Below are positions 9,259 to 17,779 of a stretch of DNA of 64,000 nt, in pieces. A program made the position numbers and the translations under genes. The number at the start of each line of letters is the position of its first letter. Position 1 is the stretch's first letter. The DNA is from Actinomycetales bacterium (GTDB taxonomy: Bacteria > Actinomycetota > Actinomycetes > Actinomycetales > CAWJMD01). Below the pieces are notes generated by a model that saw only the letters and a list, made by a program, of their open reading frames with translations, ran no database searches and was not told the DNA's origin. The stretch is from assembly GCA_047974565.1 (NCBI GenBank), contig JBKECN010000077.1, positions 9,723-73,722 on the forward strand, given 5' to 3'.

Positions 9259-10602
9259 GTGCAACGTCGTCTCGGTGGATGGGTGCTGGCCCTGGCGGTA
9301 CTGGTGGGAATGGTTGCCGGATGCAGCAACCAGGACGCGGCCCGCAACGACGACGTCGTAACGATTCGTTGGCTGATCGGTTTCGGCACCGGACTCGAGG
9401 CCGGCCAACTCGAGGTCGAGCAGGGCCTGGTCGACCAGTTCAACGCCACCCACGACGACGTCCAGATCGAGATCGTCGTTCGCGAACTCTTCGCCGGCTC
9501 CCCGGAGTGGGACGAGGTCAAGGCGTCCGACGAGGCACCCGACATCATCGGCCCGATCGGGCAGTCCGCCGCCCTGGACGCCAAAGACGATTGGCTGGTC
9601 CTCACCCGCGAAGAACTGGGCGACGTGGAGTTCGAACCTGCGACCTTGGAGAGCGTGGCGGTCGACGGCGGGTATGCCGGGGTGCCCATCGGGGTCTACC
9701 CGTCGATGATGATCGTCAACCGCAAGGCCTTTGCCGAGCAGGGTCTGGCGCTTCCGCCGGACCGGTTCGGCGACCCCTACCAGGGCCAGACCTGGGACTG
9801 GGACGCGGTCAGTGGCCTGGCTCGTCAACTCACCCTAGACGCAGACGGCAACCACCCCGGCGACCCGGGTTTCGTCCCAGCGCGGACCAGCCAGTTCGGA
9901 TTCGCCTCCCAGTACGTGATCACCCCGGTCTTCGGGCAGTCCTTCGGTCAGGGACGCGCGGAGGTCGCCAACGGGCGGATGGAGCCACCGCCCGGCGTGA
10001 TCGATGGATGGCTGTGGCTGCGGGAACGGATCTACGTCGACGAGACCGCTCCCAACCAGTCCGAGATCGGCTCCGACCTGCTGGACGAGGGCAGTCCCTT
10101 CACCTCCGGCAACGTGGCGATGGCGATCGCGTACTCCTGGGCATTGCCGCCGGTTGCCGAGTCACCGGTCGCCCCGGAGGTGAACTTTGCGGTACCGCCA
10201 TCGCACGACGGCGTTTCCCAAGTCCCTTATCACTTCGACGAATTCAAGGTGCTGTCCACCACGCAGCATCGCGCCGAGGCCGTCGAGGCGATGCAGTTCC
10301 TGCTCAACCAGGACGAGGGTGACCTGTTCACCGCCTGGGGCCCGGTGCCTGCTCGCGTCGACCTGCAGAGTCGCTATGTCGAGACGATGCAGGCCGAGTT
10401 CCCGGGGAGCAACTTCTCGGACGAGTTCCTCGACCAGTTGCTGACCCACCTGTCCGTGCCTTCACCCGAGAACGGCATGTCGCTGACCGGGGCTGAGGAC
10501 GCCGCGGACCAGTTCAGTGCCGACCTGCTCGGTAACCCCGACAAGGATCCCAACCAGATCATCGACGACTTCCTCGTCGCACTCGCCGCTGGGAACGAGT
10601 GA
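9259..10602 (+). CDS. Extracellular solute-binding lipoprotein (ABC-transporter SBP family 1-like)
   Basis: Signal peptide plus lipobox (MQRRLGGWVLALAVLVGMVAGC|SNQD). Length (447 aa) and composition fit sugar-type SBPs. No permease or ATPase gene lies next to it. Confidence 0.75.
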   Translation: MQRRLGGWVLALAVLVGMVAGCSNQDAARNDDVVTIRWLIGFGTGLEAGQLEVEQGLVDQFNATHDDVQIEIVVRELFAGSPEWDEVKASDEAPDIIGPIGQSAALDAKDDWLVLTREELGDVEFEPATLESVAVDGGYAGVPIGVYPSMMIVNRKAFAEQGLALPPDRFGDPYQGQTWDWDAVSGLARQLTLDADGNHPGDPGFVPARTSQFGFASQYVITPVFGQSFGQGRAEVANGRMEPPPGVIDGWLWLRERIYVDETAPNQSEIGSDLLDEGSPFTSGNVAMAIAYSWALPPVAESPVAPEVNFAVPPSHDGVSQVPYHFDEFKVLSTTQHRAEAVEAMQFLLNQDEGDLFTAWGPVPARVDLQSRYVETMQAEFPGSNFSDEFLDQLLTHLSVPSPENGMSLTGAEDAADQFSADLLGNPDKDPNQIIDDFLVALAAGNE

Positions 10603-10605
10603 GCC

Positions 10606-13284
10606 GTGAGGCCGCCGCGGGCGATCACCCCCGCCGGTGTGCGGCGGTCGCTCCGCTCTGTGCGCGGACGGCTGCTGCTCGTGGTGATGCTCGCCGGGCT
10701 GATGCTCGTCGGCGTGGGTGTCGTCCAGGTCCGCTCCAGCGTGCAGGTCGCCACCAGCGCAGGTCGCCTGTCCGCCCTGGCCGACGAACTCGACCGGTTG
10801 CTCATCCTGCGGGCCGCGCTCGGCGAGGAGCATATGGTCACCATCTTGGGCCATCTCGGCGTGACCGCAGAGATCATCGGCACGTCGAGTCGCGATCTGC
10901 GGATCGAGCGGGTCCGGGCACGCACCGACGAGGCGATCCGCGCCACCGACGTGCTGCCCCGGGATCTGCTCACGCTGCAACTGGCCCGCAATCCAGGCGG
11001 CTTCGGCGACGAGTACGTGAATCTGCGCCTCTACCGCGACCTTTCGGATCAGGTGAGCCGCAAGATCGACCAGCTGACATCGCAGATGCGCGATTCCCTC
11101 ATCCTGCTCGGTGAGCCGGAAGCCGGGGAGTCCCTGGATCGGCTGGAGGCGATGAGCGAACTCGACCTGTACACCGGACAGGTGGTCATCGACCTCGTCG
11201 ACCTGTGGTTCGCCGACCCCGTCGACGACAACCCCCGGTCTGCTCGCCTCGATGCCTCACTGCGAAACCTGGACGAAGCCAGCGCCGGGCTGGCCCCGCT
11301 CGCCCCCGACACTTGGGACGGGGACGTGCCACCCTGGCTGTCCGCTCCCGACTTCGACCAGGTGACCGAGGACGCGTTCCGCGGGCAACGCGTGCGCAGC
11401 GGGGCGGCGGCGACCCCGACCGTGCTGAACGGACTCGTCCAGGGGGTCGAACGGTCCAGCGAGATGACGACCTTCGTCCGGAACCAGGCCGAGTTGGATC
11501 TGGGCGTCGTAGCCCGCGTCGCGGGTACCGCACGGCAGCAGGCGCTCGCGGTCGCCATCGGCCTGCCGCTGTTCATGCTGGCACTGCTCGGGTTGGCGCT
11601 GTGGCAGGCCCGGGTCGTGGTGCGTCCACTGCGTCACCTGGGGTCGGCAGCCATGCGACTGCGCGACGGCCAGACCGACGCTCTGGGCCTGGAGAACGTG
11701 CGGGGCACACCGGAGGTGGAGGCCACCGCCGAAGCTCTGGCAGCTGCCGCCCAGTCCTTGGACGTGCTCAAACACAAGGCGGCCCTGATCGCGCGGGGCG
11801 ACGTCGCAGGGGCGCAACTCCAGGAGCCGGTGCCAGGCGATCTGGGGCGTCTCTTCGACGAGGCGGTGACCACCTTCACCACGACGGTGCGAGACCGGAT
11901 GGAACTGGCGCAGCAGATGGAGTTCCGGGCCCGGCACGATCACCTGACCGATCTGTTGTCCCGGGGCGCGGTGCTGGAGTTCCTGCAGCAGGCGGTGGCC
12001 GATCGCGACACGGAACTGGCGGTGGCGCACCTCGACCTGGAGCAGTTCCGGGAGTTGAACAGCGTGTTCGGGATGCCCACGGCCGACCAGGTCCTGGTCG
12101 AGGTGGGCAAGATCCTGGACGAGATGACCCGCGCCAGCGGAGGCGCCGCCGGCCGGTTGGGTGCGGACGAGTTCCTCATCGTGCTCGCCGGAGATCAGGC
12201 CGCCTCACGGATCCATGAGCGAATGGCCTTCGTGGTCAACGAGATCGAACATCGGGCCGGGGCTGCCGACTGCATCACCTCAGTGCGGGCTCGGGTAGGT
12301 GTGGCGGTGCGCACCGGCGAGGAGGATCCGGCCGATCTGGTGCGGATGGCCACGCATGCCTCGGACGAGGCCAGAGGTCAGGTGCACGGCGCCGTGGTGA
12401 GCTTCGACGACGCCAGCCGCGCTCGGGTGGAGGCGGACCGGGAGTTGGAGGTCGCGCTGCGCGAGGCGGTCTCCACCGGGCAGGGCCTGGCCCTGTGGTT
12501 CCAGCCGCTGGTCGACGCCAGGACCGGCCGGGCCCGCGGAGTGGAGGCATTGTGCCGGTGGGACCGTCCCGGCTACGGGCGGGTATCTCCGGACCGGTTC
12601 ATCACGATCGCCGAGCGCTCCGACCTCATCGTGGAGTTGGACAACTGGGTGATGGACCAGGCGATGGCGCAGCTGGCCGCCTGGAACCAGGACCCCGAGT
12701 TGAGCACGCTGATGATGTCGATCAACATCTCCGGACGCCACGCGGCCAAGCGCTCGCTGGTGCCGACCGTGCAGAGCTGGCTACAGCGGCATGCTGTGCC
12801 ACCGTCCCAAGTGATGCTGGAGCTCACGGAGACCTCCCTGGCAATCGACCTGCGCGGGGTCAGCGAACGGCTGGCGCGGCTTCGGGCTATGGGAGTACGG
12901 GTTGCCGTGGACGACTTCGGCACCGGCTACACCGGGCTCGGGCAGTTGCGGACGCTGCCGATCGACGAACTCAAGCTGGACCGGTCGCTGCTTCCGCACA
13001 TCAGCACCGACCCGGAGGCGTGGCGGCTGCTCTCGCTGGTGTGCGGGCTGGGGCACCTGCTGGACGTGTCGATCGTCGCCGAGGGGGTGGAGACGCAATT
13101 CCAGGTGGGACGGCTGCAGGGGCTCGGCGTCGATCTCATGCAGGGCAACCTGTTTGCTCTGCCGATGCCTCCCAGGCAGGCGACCGGCTGGCTGCTGGAG
13201 AGTCTGCGCGAGCAGTCGCGAGCGACCCGGATCGTGGGTCTGGATTCTCCGAGCGTCACCGGCCGTCCCCGTCACCTCCCGTGA
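10606..13284 (+). CDS. Membrane sensor protein with HAMP, degenerate GGDEF (GADEF) and EAL domains (c-di-GMP turnover)
   Basis: GTG start 4 nt after the SBP stop. It has an N-terminal TM segment and a second TM followed by HAMP-like VVRPLRHLGSAAMRL. RLGADEF lies at 12160-12174. EAL lies at 12544-12552, with DDFGTGYTGLGQL and VAEGVETQ motifs. Confidence 0.85.
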   Translation: MRPPRAITPAGVRRSLRSVRGRLLLVVMLAGLMLVGVGVVQVRSSVQVATSAGRLSALADELDRLLILRAALGEEHMVTILGHLGVTAEIIGTSSRDLRIERVRARTDEAIRATDVLPRDLLTLQLARNPGGFGDEYVNLRLYRDLSDQVSRKIDQLTSQMRDSLILLGEPEAGESLDRLEAMSELDLYTGQVVIDLVDLWFADPVDDNPRSARLDASLRNLDEASAGLAPLAPDTWDGDVPPWLSAPDFDQVTEDAFRGQRVRSGAAATPTVLNGLVQGVERSSEMTTFVRNQAELDLGVVARVAGTARQQALAVAIGLPLFMLALLGLALWQARVVVRPLRHLGSAAMRLRDGQTDALGLENVRGTPEVEATAEALAAAAQSLDVLKHKAALIARGDVAGAQLQEPVPGDLGRLFDEAVTTFTTTVRDRMELAQQMEFRARHDHLTDLLSRGAVLEFLQQAVADRDTELAVAHLDLEQFRELNSVFGMPTADQVLVEVGKILDEMTRASGGAAGRLGADEFLIVLAGDQAASRIHERMAFVVNEIEHRAGAADCITSVRARVGVAVRTGEEDPADLVRMATHASDEARGQVHGAVVSFDDASRARVEADRELEVALREAVSTGQGLALWFQPLVDARTGRARGVEALCRWDRPGYGRVSPDRFITIAERSDLIVELDNWVMDQAMAQLAAWNQDPELSTLMMSINISGRHAAKRSLVPTVQSWLQRHAVPPSQVMLELTETSLAIDLRGVSERLARLRAMGVRVAVDDFGTGYTGLGQLRTLPIDELKLDRSLLPHISTDPEAWRLLSLVCGLGHLLDVSIVAEGVETQFQVGRLQGLGVDLMQGNLFALPMPPRQATGWLLESLREQSRATRIVGLDSPSVTGRPRHLP

Positions 13285-13362
13285 AGCCCGGGGTAGCGGG
13301 CCCGACCGGGCAGGATCGTGCCTGCCAGTGGCCACCCGGTGGGGGCTTGCCGCAGGGTCGCT

Positions 13363-14220
13363 TCAGGGGTCGCGCGGGCCCCACTCCGCCGGGTCGGGCA
13401 CGGCGGGCGGCAGCGCCTTGCGCCGGGACGGGGCGCCGTGGCCCTCTCCAGGTTCCTTGGCCCCGGGCCAGGGTTTGGCGGCCCGGGCGGCAAGCTGGAA
13501 GGACTTGCGCAGCGGGGTGCCCTCGAATCCCTCCGGAAGCAGCAGCGGACGCAGACCGGCGCCCGATCCGTCGTCGAAACCGGTGAAGTCGACCCCGAAC
13601 ATCTCGAAGGTCTCGCGCTCGTGCCAGGCCGCACCCCCGAACAACGGGGTCAGCGAGGCCAGCCTCAGCGGCGGGTCAGCCACCCGGGTGCGGACCAGGA
13701 GCCGGCGCAGCGGTCGGCCGGGTGAACCCGCTGCGGTGACCGTGGGCAGGCAGACGAGGTGGGCGACCACGTCGACCCCGGCCGGGTCGGCGTCCCACTG
13801 GTCCACCGCGGTGAGCCAGTCCAGGTAACTCCATCCGGCATCGCGAGCGACGGCCACCGCCTCGAACCAGGTGGGGGCCGGCACGTCCACGCAGGGGGTC
13901 CCGGCGGCGTCGTCGATGGTGACCTCGACCGGCCAGGCCGGAAGGTCGCCGTATCCGGGGGGCGCGCCGGTGCCGTCACCCGGACCCGTGCCGCCATCCG
14001 GGGCCGCACCTTCGTCGGGGGCCCTGCCGCCGTCAGGGGCCGCGCTGGCGTCAGGTGCCGCGCTGGCGTCGGTGGGCGCGCTGACGTCACGTGCCGCGCT
14101 GACTTCAGGGGGCGCGCTGACGTCAGAGGGCGGGCTCGCGGACGAGGACCTCGACGGGTCGGGACGCTCGCCGGCCGCGGAGCCGGCGGACTCGTCCGGC
14201 GATCTGGGGGGTACGGTCAC
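13363..14220 (-). CDS. nuoC: NADH-quinone oxidoreductase subunit C (30-kDa subunit) with a repeat-rich N-terminal extension
   Basis: ORF 13363..14649 trimmed to GTG 14220 (GTGA overlap with the nuoB stop). The NuoC-like core reads [26 protein letters not shown]...[17 protein letters not shown]. The first ~95 aa are [11 protein letters not shown] repeats. Confidence 0.85.
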   Translation of the reverse strand: MTVPPRSPDESAGSAAGERPDPSRSSSASPPSDVSAPPEVSAARDVSAPTDASAAPDASAAPDGGRAPDEGAAPDGGTGPGDGTGAPPGYGDLPAWPVEVTIDDAAGTPCVDVPAPTWFEAVAVARDAGWSYLDWLTAVDQWDADPAGVDVVAHLVCLPTVTAAGSPGRPLRRLLVRTRVADPPLRLASLTPLFGGAAWHERETFEMFGVDFTGFDDGSGAGLRPLLLPEGFEGTPLRKSFQLAARAAKPWPGAKEPGEGHGAPSRRKALPPAVPDPAEWGPRDP

Positions 14221-14840
14221 CGGGTGTGCCCTCCCGGCGAGCGGGACGTGCGGTACCGGTCGGCGAGGGTCTCGTCGGCGATCTTGTTCTGCAGCGTGAC
14301 GATGCCGTGGAGCAGCGCCTCGGGCCTGGGCGGGCACCCGGGAACATAGACGTCCACCGGAATGATCTGGTCGACACCCTTGGTGACGCAGTACGAATCC
14401 CAGTACGGCCCACCGGAGTTGGAGCAGGAGCCGAACGAGATCACGTACTTGGGCTCGGGCATCTGGTCGTACAGTCGACGAATCGCGGGGGCCATCTTGT
14501 CGCTCACGGTGCCCGAGACCACCATCAGGTCCGCCTGCCGGGGCCCGGGCGCGAAGGGGATGACGCCGAGCCGGATGAAGTCGTGCTTGGCCATCGAGGA
14601 GGCGATGAACTCGATGGCGCAGCAGGCCAACCCGAAGTTGAAGACCCACAGGCTGTATCGGCGACCCCAGTTGAGCACGAAGCGCATCGGCTTGATCGCG
14701 GCCGGTTGCAGTCCGCCGATCCGTGGCGCCGGGTCGTCCGGGGTCGCCATCGGCTCTCCCGGGCGGAGCACGGGCATCGGCAAAGGCGTGGGGGTCGCGG
14801 CGGGCCTACCAGCCTGGTCGTTGGCGTCCTCGGTCGTCAT
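14217..14840 (-). CDS. nuoB: NADH-quinone oxidoreductase subunit B (cluster N2 subunit)
   Basis: ATG 14840 forms an ATGA overlap with the nuoA stop. Motifs [24 protein letters not shown] and [11 protein letters not shown] supply the four N2-cluster cysteines. Confidence 0.9.
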   Translation of the reverse strand: MTTEDANDQAGRPAATPTPLPMPVLRPGEPMATPDDPAPRIGGLQPAAIKPMRFVLNWGRRYSLWVFNFGLACCAIEFIASSMAKHDFIRLGVIPFAPGPRQADLMVVSGTVSDKMAPAIRRLYDQMPEPKYVISFGSCSNSGGPYWDSYCVTKGVDQIIPVDVYVPGCPPRPEALLHGIVTLQNKIADETLADRYRTSRSPGGHTR

Positions 14841-15232
14841 GTCCACCTCAGCACCCCGGCCCGCCAGGCGTAGACCAGGGCGACGGCCAATACGCCGAGG
14901 AAGACCCCCATGGTCACCAGGGTGGGAAGGCCGAGCAGGGCGACGACGGTGGCCCAGGGGAACAGGTAGACCGCGTCCACCGCGAACACCACGTACAGGT
15001 AGGCATAGAGGTAGTACCGGATGTTGAGTTGCTGCCAGCCGGCACCGACCGGGTCGACGCCGGATTCGTAGGTGAGGGATTTCGCGCGGGTGGCGTGCTG
15101 GGGTCGCAGCAGCCGGTTGGCGGTCATCCCGGCAAGCACGAGCACGATGCCGACGGCCACGACGGTGGCCACCACGAGGTATCCCCTCGGGTCGCCGGCC
15201 GTGCCGATGAGCACGCTGGGCTGCCAGGTCAC
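14837..15232 (-). CDS. nuoA: NADH-quinone oxidoreductase subunit A
   Basis: 131-aa ORF containing [40 protein letters not shown], a typical NuoA core. Confidence 0.9.
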   Translation of the reverse strand: MTWQPSVLIGTAGDPRGYLVVATVVAVGIVLVLAGMTANRLLRPQHATRAKSLTYESGVDPVGAGWQQLNIRYYLYAYLYVVFAVDAVYLFPWATVVALLGLPTLVTMGVFLGVLAVALVYAWRAGVLRWT

Positions 15233-15310
15233 GCTGACGAGCGTACAAGGGTGCCTGCGCGAAGAATCATCTGTGGGCGGAATGCGTTTCCAGCCGGCCA
15301 GCCGCGACCT

Positions 15311-16024
15311 ATGCTCGCGAGCATGGGTCAGACGCCGTCTTCGAACACTTCGAGCGACCGCGCCCTCTACCGCACGCCGCGTCGCTGGGGGTCGCTCACT
15401 GGGCAGGGACCGACCTTCGACCCGGAACGGGCCTCCCCTTCGGCGTCCGGTTCGGGCCGGGTCACCGACTCCGACCAGATGATGGTCTCGGGTCGGACGA
15501 CGGGGCCGCCACAGCGACTTCAGGCGGCGCCCGGCGCCCTGGCACTGCCCGCGCGCCGGTCAACCTCAGGCGCCCAGCTGGCAGCCGAGGGGCCGGCGAT
15601 CCCCGGCATGCAAGCCGAGCCAGGCAGGCAACCGACCTCCGTCCGCCAGGCAGCACCCACCGGCCGACCGAGGCCGGACGCTCGGATGACGAACTCACCA
15701 GTGGCTACCGGGACTGGCCCGGTTTCAGTGGCCCCCGCGCGCAGCCGTGACCTTCTGTGGCGGGAGGCCGTCGGTGACGCCTTGCGCCAGAATCGGACCC
15801 GACGAGGGGAGCGGCTGGTGGACGTGGCCGGGCGTGCTGGGGTGGCCGCGCAGTACCTCTCGGAGATCGAGCGGGGGCGAAAGGACCCGTCGTCCGAGGT
15901 TCTGGAAGCACTCTCGGGCGCACTCGACCTGAGCGTGGAGCAGCTCGCGTCCCAGGCCGTACGTCGACTCGGCGCCCAGACCGGCCCGGCCGATCGACAC
16001 GAGGGATTCCTGCTGGCCGCCTGA
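15311..16024 (+). CDS. XRE-family HTH transcriptional regulator, ClgR/PopR-like (start uncertain)
   Basis: The C-terminal ~100 aa read EAVGDALRQNRTRRGERLVDVAGRAGVAAQYLSEIERGRKDPSSEVLEALSGALDLSVEQLA, resembling actinobacterial ClgR. Candidate starts are ATG 15311, ATG 15323 or ATG 15686. The N-terminal region is P/S/G-rich. Confidence 0.7.
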   Translation: MLASMGQTPSSNTSSDRALYRTPRRWGSLTGQGPTFDPERASPSASGSGRVTDSDQMMVSGRTTGPPQRLQAAPGALALPARRSTSGAQLAAEGPAIPGMQAEPGRQPTSVRQAAPTGRPRPDARMTNSPVATGTGPVSVAPARSRDLLWREAVGDALRQNRTRRGERLVDVAGRAGVAAQYLSEIERGRKDPSSEVLEALSGALDLSVEQLASQAVRRLGAQTGPADRHEGFLLAA

Positions 16025-16056
16025 CTCGATGCCAGGCTGGACGGCCACACAGCAGT

Positions 16057-16446
16057 CCACTGAACGGTTTTGCGTCTCACAGACACATTTCCGTACACCC
16101 GACGGCCCGGTCCCCCGCCAGGCCACCCAAACCGCGCAAACCCGTAGAGGGACAAGGGCCTGGCCGTGCGCGGCCGCGAGCACCCGGCGCCCATGTCCAT
16201 GGCCATGGACAGCCCACACCCCGGTTCGGCCCCATAACCACACCCACTGAACGCTTGTGCGTCTCACAGACTCATTTCCGTACACCCGGCAGTGCCCTCG
16301 CCCCAGCACCCGCGTAAACCGCACGAACCTCCACTCGACCAGGAGCGGACCCGGCACTGCCGCGAGCACCCGGCACCCACCCCGGTTCGGCCCCACAACC
16401 ACACCCACAGAACGCTTTTGCGTCTCACAGACACATTTCCATACAC
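16057..16446. repeat. Three imperfect copies of an intergenic repeat with a ~43-nt conserved core
   Basis: Cores lie at 16057-16100, 16244-16286 and 16404-16446 (consensus CCAC[T/A]GAACG[G/C]TT[T/G]TGCGTCTCACAGAC[A/T]CATTTCC[G/A]TACACC). Copies 2 and 3 share the upstream flank GCGAGCACCCGGC.CCCA...CCCCGGTTCGGCCCCA.AACCACACC. The core contains the palindrome TGCGTCT-CAC-AGACACA. Confidence 0.85.
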
Positions 16447-16502
16447 CGAACAGCACCCTCGCCCCAGACCTCACACTGGCAAGCGACAACAGGGTGCCGT
16501 CC

Positions 16503-17132
16503 TCACAGCAGGTCAACCGTGCCGGCTCCGGAGCGCAGCCGGGTGATCTGGTCGCGGCTGGACACGATGGCGTCCACCACCCCGTACTCCAGTGCGTCCT
16601 GCGCGGTGAGGATCAGGTCGCGTTCGGTGTCGGCGCGAACCTGCTCGGGGGTCTTGGCGGTGTGCCGGGCCAGGATGCCCTCGAGCATGGTGCGAACCCG
16701 TTCGACCTCGACGGCTTCGACGATGAGATCCGGGATGGCACCGCGTTGCTGGGCGGCCGGAGCCCCGATGACGACCCGGCCGTGCGGAAGGATCGCGCGA
16801 CTCCCGGCGGCGCCTCCGGCCAGCAGCACCGCGGCCGTCGACACGGCTTGGCCGACGCAGGTGGTGTGCACCTCGCACCGGACGAACTGCATCGCGTCGT
16901 AGATCGCCAGCATCGAGGGGATCGATCCGCCGGGAGAATTCAGATAAAGCTGCACCGGCTCAGGGCTCTCCGACTCCAAGTGAATGAGTTGGGCGATGAC
17001 GGCATTGGAGACGCCGTCATCGATGCTCGTGCCGAGATAGATGATCCGGTCGACGAGCAGCCGGCTGTACACGTCCACGGTGCGCTCCCCCGCCGGGCCG
17101 CGGGTCGTGACGTAGGGAATCGTGTAGCTCAT
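16503..17132 (-). CDS. ClpP-family protease subunit paralogue lacking the catalytic histidine (ClpR-like)
   Basis: ORF trimmed to ATG 17132 (ATGA overlap with the upstream clpP stop). ClpP-like throughout (VYSRLLVDRIIYLG, LNSPGGS, ADTERD). The expected (M/L)xHQP motif reads VVIGAP instead; the Gly123 codon is at 16764-16766. Confidence 0.8.
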   Translation of the reverse strand: MSYTIPYVTTRGPAGERTVDVYSRLLVDRIIYLGTSIDDGVSNAVIAQLIHLESESPEPVQLYLNSPGGSIPSMLAIYDAMQFVRCEVHTTCVGQAVSTAAVLLAGGAAGSRAILPHGRVVIGAPAAQQRGAIPDLIVEAVEVERVRTMLEGILARHTAKTPEQVRADTERDLILTAQDALEYGVVDAIVSSRDQITRLRSGAGTVDLL

Positions 17133-17779
17133 GCTCGGCCACCCTCGACACGGGTGCGGCTCAGTCCAGATGCACCGAGTCCCACCGGATGCCTGGACGA
17201 CGGCAGCACCTCGTCCAGGCTGGTGATCAGCCGGTCGACGAATCCGTACTCCACGGCCTGCGCCGCGTCGAACCATCGATCACGTCGGGAGTCCTGCTCG
17301 ACCGTCGCCACGTCCTGTCCGGTGTCCTCGGCCACCAGAGCCAGCACCGTGTCGCGGGTGGCCCGCAGGTCGTCGGCCTGGATCGCGATGTCCATGGCAG
17401 TGCCACCGATGCCGGCACTTCCCTGGTGCAGAAGCACTTTCGAATGCGCCATGGCATAGCGCTTGCCGAGGGTGCCCGAACTCAGCAGGAACTGCCCGGC
17501 GCTGTACGCCATCCCCAGGTTCACCGTGGCCACGTCGTTGGGGATCGCGCGCATGGTGTCGCGGATGGCGAGCATCCCGGGCACCGAGCCTCCCGGCGAG
17601 TTGATCAGGAGGCAGATGTCGGCGCGCGGGTCCTCGGCTGCCAGCACGATGAGCGCAGTGCACACCCGGTTGCTGTTCCAGTCCTCCAGTGGCTCACCGA
17701 GCAGGATCGTCCGGCTGTCCAGCAGCCGGCGGTAAAGGTCGTCGTCCAGGCCTGCGCCGGGGCGGTAGGTGTCGGTCAT
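17129..17779 (-). CDS. clpP: ATP-dependent Clp protease proteolytic subunit (Ser/His/Asp positions present)
   Basis: 216-aa ORF with LINSPGGSV (Ser), VLLHQGS (His) and DSRRDRWF (Asp) in ClpP-like spacing. Confidence 0.85.
   Translation of the reverse strand: MTDTYRPGAGLDDDLYRRLLDSRTILLGEPLEDWNSNRVCTALIVLAAEDPRADICLLINSPGGSVPGMLAIRDTMRAIPNDVATVNLGMAYSAGQFLLSSGTLGKRYAMAHSKVLLHQGSAGIGGTAMDIAIQADDLRATRDTVLALVAEDTGQDVATVEQDSRRDRWFDAAQAVEYGFVDRLITSLDEVLPSSRHPVGLGASGLSRTRVEGGRA

Noticed and set aside
9031-13335. I searched the minus strand between nuoH and nuoC for a hidden nuoD, E, F or G (for example ORFs 9031..9828, 10374..10991, 11257..12030 and 12781..13335).
   Set aside because: All are antisense to the SBP or GGDEF-EAL genes and have off-frame composition. 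None shows NuoD, E, F or G-like sequence. Absence is reported as a finding, but it can only be confirmed by profile searches.
13363-15248. The extended ORFs 13363..14649 (428 aa) and 14217..15248 (343 aa) as a large NuoC and NuoB, or a NuoC-D fusion.
   Set aside because: Their N-terminal parts overlap the upstream genes out of frame. Trimming to the GTGA/ATGA-coupled starts gives a NuoC of 285 aa and a NuoB of 207 aa. No NuoD-like segment is present.
16040-16450. Possible CRISPR array.
   Set aside because: There are only three imperfect copies. The inter-repeat segments share homology with each other, the spacing is irregular (187 and 160 bp), and there are no cas genes.
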